Shown here piece by piece: positions 59,433 through 64,000 of a stretch of DNA of 64,000 nt (positions are counted from its first letter, which is position 1; every line of letters starts with the position of its first letter). Under the pieces are notes generated by a model. It did no database searches. It saw nothing but the letters and a program-made list of their open reading frames with translations, and was not told the DNA's origin. A program made the translations under genes and the position numbers. The stretch spans positions 201,190,001-201,254,000 of the forward strand of contig OZ024742.1 of assembly GCA_964016885.1 (NCBI GenBank), in the 5' to 3' direction. This DNA is from Eledone cirrhosa (Eukaryota).

Positions 59433-59755
59433 ATATCACAGAAAAAAGTGAATCAATTTTGCGATGAAAGGAATTTATTGGACATATTACAATTGTATCT
59501 TGGGCGAAAAGCTCGAGGCACGATCGATGAGGTGATCAAATCTGACTCTGAAATCGTGCGGTCCTCGAATACGTCTCGATTCTACGAAGGAAAATGTGCT
59601 TCGTAGAATCGAGACGTATCTGAGGACCGCGCGATTTCAGAGTCAGGTTTGATCACCATATCGATCGTGCCTCGAGCTGGTCGCCCAAGATACAATTGTA
59701 ATATGTCCAATAAATTCCTTTCGTCGCAACACTGATTCTCTTTTTTCTGTGATAT
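59433..59755. repeat. ~320-bp imperfect fold-back element (MITE-like or HHR fold-back)
   Basis: 59433-59589 is the reverse complement of 59599-59755 with scattered mismatches. Confidence 0.85.
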
Positions 59756-60299
59756 ATATATTTACATACATACATACATACATACACACACACATATATA
59801 TATATTTATATTTCTCGCTCTAATTTTATTACTAATTATATCTAAATGTTTCTTCTCTCTTCATAATGTATTTTTAACTCTGATACTGGTTCAGTCTGGT
59901 TCAAACTGAATTGGTCTGTCCCAGTCATTCATTGAGCAACATCGGTGAAGTTGGCACCCTTAACTCACAGTTGGGTGCGGATGCATTCATGTATATATGT
60001 GTGTGTCCGCATATATCTGTGTGTTTCTAAATATATTAATAACTCCCTCTGGTCGAGCAATCTTTGAGGTGTGGGGACAACTGGAAAGCTTCCATTACTC
60101 ATACTTCTCGCCTTCTTCACTACCTCTTCTACGGCCTCGATATGAATACCCCCTCCGCCTCTGTGGTATTTTCTTCGTGGTTATAAGAGGCTTAGCTCTG
60201 TTTCTCGACCGTTATATCGCGTGACTATCTCCCCCTCCGCCTTTTGGGATTCTTTCTCACGTCGTGTAGACGCGTTCTTGAGACTAGTAAAATGAGGTA

Positions 60300-60387
60300 T
60301 CCTCTTGATAAGTCGGCAGACCTCGCAAGGACTCTATATCTTTGATATATTGTTTTTGTTTATGCCACGAAACTACGTAGTCGAGGA
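60300..60387 (+). ncRNA. Type-I hammerhead, U3-A8 core, extended stem II
   Basis: tcctc-TTGATAA-gtcggcagac...gtttatgccac-GAAA-ctacgta-GTC-gagga; palindromic stem III actacgtagt. Confidence 0.75.
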
Positions 60388-60890
60388 ATTTAGGAACAGT
60401 TTAGGTATGATACATTTTATTACTAATTATATCTAAATGTTTCTTCTCTCTTCATAATGTATTTTTAACTCTGATACTGGTTCAGTCTGGTTCAAACTGA
60501 ATTGGTCTGTCCCAGTCATTCATTGAGCAACATCGGTGAAGTTGGCACCCTTAACTCACAGTTGGGTGCGGATGCATTCATGTATATATGTGTGTGTCCG
60601 CATATATCTGTGTGTTTCTAAATATATTAATAACTCCCTCTGGTCGAGCAATCTTTGAGGTGTGGGGACAACTGGAAAGCTTCCATTACTCATACTTCTC
60701 GCCTTCTTCACTACCTCTTCTACGGCCTCGATATGAATACCCCCTCCGCCTCTGTGGTATTTTCTTCGTGGTTATAAGAGGCTTAGCTCTGTTTCTCGAC
60801 CGTTATATCGCGTGACTATCTCCCCCTCCGCCTTTTGGGATTCTTTCTCACGTCGTGTAGACGCGTTCTTGAGACTAGTAAAATGAGGTA

Positions 60891-60978
60891 TCCTCTTGAT
60901 AAGTCGGCAGACCTCGCAAGGACTCTATATCTTTGATATATTGTTTTTGTTTATGCCACGAAACTACGTAGTCGAGGA
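60891..60978 (+). ncRNA. Second copy of the U3-A8 hammerhead
   Basis: Identical to 60300-60387. Confidence 0.75.
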
Positions 60979-61209
60979 ATTTAGGAACAGTTTAGGTATG
61001 ATACATTTTATTACTAATTATATCTAAATGTTTCTTCTCTCTTCATAATGTATTTTTAACTCTGATACTGGTTCAGTCTGGTTCAAACTGAATTGGTCTG
61101 TCCCAGTCATTCATTGAGCAACATCGGTGAAGTTGGCACCCTTAACTCACAGTTGGGTGCGGATGCATTCATGTATATATGTGTGTGTCCGCATATATCT
61201 GTGTGTTTC

Positions 61210-61297
<88 letters not shown>

Positions 61298-61298
<1 letters not shown>

Positions 61299-63570
61299 CA
61301 TCCTCGGATGCTTCCAACAAGTGATCTCCAGCAGACACGATTGTCCATTCGTCCATAGTAGCTGGCAGATTCTTTAATTCTATATCAGTGTCTGGTTGGT
61401 CAATATATGTAAAGTGATGTATTCATCTGGATCTTTTACATGTGTACGTTTCTATATAAATAATCGATGCACTGCCCCCATTTCCCTTCTTCAATAGTGG
61501 CCAATGGACCTCATTCTTCGTTGGCGCAACACAGCAGTTATTGGAAGGACATTGCCATATAGGTCAACAATAGTTTTTTATGTTCTCTCCATTACGTATA
61601 TATTCGTGTAACAGTATTGTTTAGTGACCGTCCAACTGGTTAACAGAATCTCTGTTAATGTCTGTTTCAGCAACATACATAAATACTCTCTTTTGTTGCT
61701 CTGAAGTATCTAAATTTCAGGTATCAATTTAGATTTGAATTCCATATTGTTGCCATTTTGTTAGATAGTGACCTAGCTTGAACTACACTAGCATTAACGT
61801 ACTTCACTGAGTTTGTTATCCAGGCTCCAAAATACTTGAAATATTCTACCTCCCTTACATTGTACCATTTTAAGTTTATGATGCTTACTTGAATCTGATT
61901 AAAGGAGAGGAAAACAGCTCCTGCTTGTCTACGCGTAGTCCAATTTGCACAGCTGCAATTTCTTCTCATTTTAATAGTATTTAGCCTTCTCTAACTAGAT
62001 CAGGCAACAAAACAATACAATCTACAAACTCTGTATCTGTTATTGTTTTAGTTGACTGTCATAGCCTAGTTCTTTTGGTGAAGTCGGTAGATTGGTCGTT
62101 TGTTGCAATTATCAGAGCAACATTTAATTCTTTAACAAAAAGTTAATTAGGACGCCAGGGTGGCTTCTTGGGGAGACATGAATTTCGAAAACAATGTGTC
62201 ACTTTCAGGGAGGATTTCTCGAGCCATTGTCTCCATACAGAGAATATTGTTGGCATTTAAAATGTTATCTTGAATACAATTTGATTTCAGAATTTGTATT
62301 AGTTTCGTGCAATGAATCATCTAAAGATCTAAAGTCTCTCTTAAGCCAGAAGGCTCGTTAGGCCGATGCTTATCCTGGTTTCATGGCGTGAAGCGATTGA
62401 GAGTACAAGACTCCTCCCTGAACAGGTCGCCAGTCCAGCGAAGGTTTAAACCCCCAGCTATTATTGGTACGCATTTTCAGCTGAGTATCCTTGATCAACG
62501 TGAAATGAAATGTTTCGCTGTAGAAGACAACCAGCAATCCCGTCCAGGAATCGAACCCACGACATTATGATCGTAATTCCAACACCCTTACCACTAGGGC
62601 ACGCGCCTCTACCTGAATGAATCATATTGAAGGATTATCTGAAATTCATAAATGTTAGTATTGGTTTCAGATTCTGCTCTCTTAACAACTCTAATAATAT
62701 TTAAAAAAAAAAGGAATTTGTGTTGTAGTTCAGCGATTTGGTCTAAATTCGTTCTTGTGTTTTCCGAGGATTTGGTCCAGGTGGGGTCTGATTTTTGCAG
62801 TAGCATATTGTATCTTTTCGCAGATAACCCTATACGTCTGTAATTTCCTGTTCTGCTAATGTCAGCCTTTTCTTTCGAACAAGGTTGGTTTTCAGCCATA
62901 ACTTTCGTTTACGTATGTTTAGTTTTCTGTGAGGAGATCGGTTTTCCAAACCTCAATAGAAATGTGGTACTATCTTCTGCTTTGCTGTTTTGGGGAATGT
63001 TTTTCTGCACTTTCTGTATGGGCTTTTATGATGTTGCCATTAATGGAATTTGCAGTTTTGTCATTGACCTCAGATTTTAAGGTTTAAAATCTGTTCTTGA
63101 CTTCTACTAATTACATGAGATTTAATTTTTCAGCATTAATCAATTTGTTCTAATCATAGAGGAACTTTCCTTTTTACATATTTATTTGAGTGTGAGCGCA
63201 GTCTTATTTTATTACCATGGGATAATCAGATTCAATTGAACTGAAGAAACTATATGCTGTTATCACTATTTCTCTACTTGTTGTCATTTATTTATCCTTT
63301 GTATCCGTTTACATAGCTGACCGTCAATAATCTTTTCTTCTTTATATTATCAACAGAGTATCCAATTTGGCTAGTTCACATTTAGAATATTGAGAAGGTG
63401 CTGCCCATTTCGATTTGTCCATTTATGGTATGGTAATCCGTTTTGAATCTCCTTGTTCAATTCGTACATGTCTGTTCCAATCATGATGAGGTTATGTTTT
63501 AGGATGGAAATTGTCATTCTTGCAAGAAGGCTGAAGAATACTTTGTCCTCAACGTCTGCACTGTTTGTTG
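61298..63570 (-). mobile_element. Highly decayed RTE-clade LINE interrupted by a SINE
   Basis: VEYFKYFGAWI..NKMATIWNSNL, KEKADISRTGNYRRIGLS, and APE-like ILKHNLIMIGTDM near 63500. Confidence 0.7.
62336..62608 (-). mobile_element. tRNA-derived SINE (same family as 42600-42870)
   Basis: cttaagccagaaggctc...gaatcgaacccacgac...accactagggcacgcgcctc. Confidence 0.8.
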
Positions 63571-63581
63571 GTCTATATATG

Positions 63582-63720
63582 GAAGGCAGCGAAATATCAG
63601 AGTCGAAAAATGTCAGATAGAATGCCTAGTGGTATTAGTTCCAGCTTTCTGAGTTTAAATGCCACCGAGGTCAACTTGGCCTTTCATCCTTTCGAGCTCG
63701 ATAAAAAATGTACCAGTCTG
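63582..63720 (+). mobile_element. Nin/Deu-type SINE fragment
   Basis: gccaccgaggtcaacttggcctttcatcctttcgagctcgataaaaaatgtaccag. Confidence 0.65.
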
Positions 63721-64000
63721 GTATCCGGCTCGATTCTTCATTCTATATTTCTTTCTTATTTCTCCTCCCTCACTTTCTATCTTTCTCTTGAAGAAATTTT
63801 GTGTGTTCAGACTTAGAGTGGAATGGGCTCTGCTAGGTCTAAAATGCTAAAGAAACGCCGATTACCACTACGCCGCCCTTAGAGTTCCATCACAAATGTC
63901 CGATACCAAACCATATCATACCATGTCATATTGATGTAACTGCTGCCTGAGAATTACCACTGAAAGTAACAGTCATTATGCTTGATGAAAAAAGAATAAT

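Larger units (their letters stand above)
59826..61216 (+). repeat. Tandem 591-bp monomer, ~2.35 copies, with an HHR in each full unit (retrozyme-like)
   Basis: Identical ORFs at 59997 and 60588 (offset 591); third partial unit runs into (AT)n. Confidence 0.9.

Overview
Eukaryotic, very AT-rich DNA saturated with microsatellites: (AT)n, (AC)n, (AG)n, (AAC)n, (GGT)n, (GAA)n and (AGT)n. The SINE types and simple-repeat load suggest an invertebrate, probably a cephalopod such as octopus (inference). No intact host gene is evident, and most long ORFs in the track are microsatellite artefacts. The window is a mosaic of decayed mobile elements: three Penelope-like retroelement (PLE) loci with RT and/or GIY-YIG, two tandem Tx1/L1-clade LINEs, several RTE-clade LINE fragments, tRNA-derived SINEs, a hAT (SPIN/Charlie/Buster-like) transposon, and mariner and Chapaev3-like remnants. 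The main unannotated signal is more than 20 minimal type-I hammerhead ribozyme (HHR) motifs from about 9 sequence families, read by eye. They sit in PLE pseudo-LTRs and in non-coding tandem or inverted arrays (469-bp and 591-bp monomers) that resemble retrozymes. Some carry non-canonical cores: a compensatory U3-A8 pair in three families and U4C in one. They are associated with numerous fold-back palindromes and with a circularly permuted PLE. Coordinates were read manually and may be off by a few bases.
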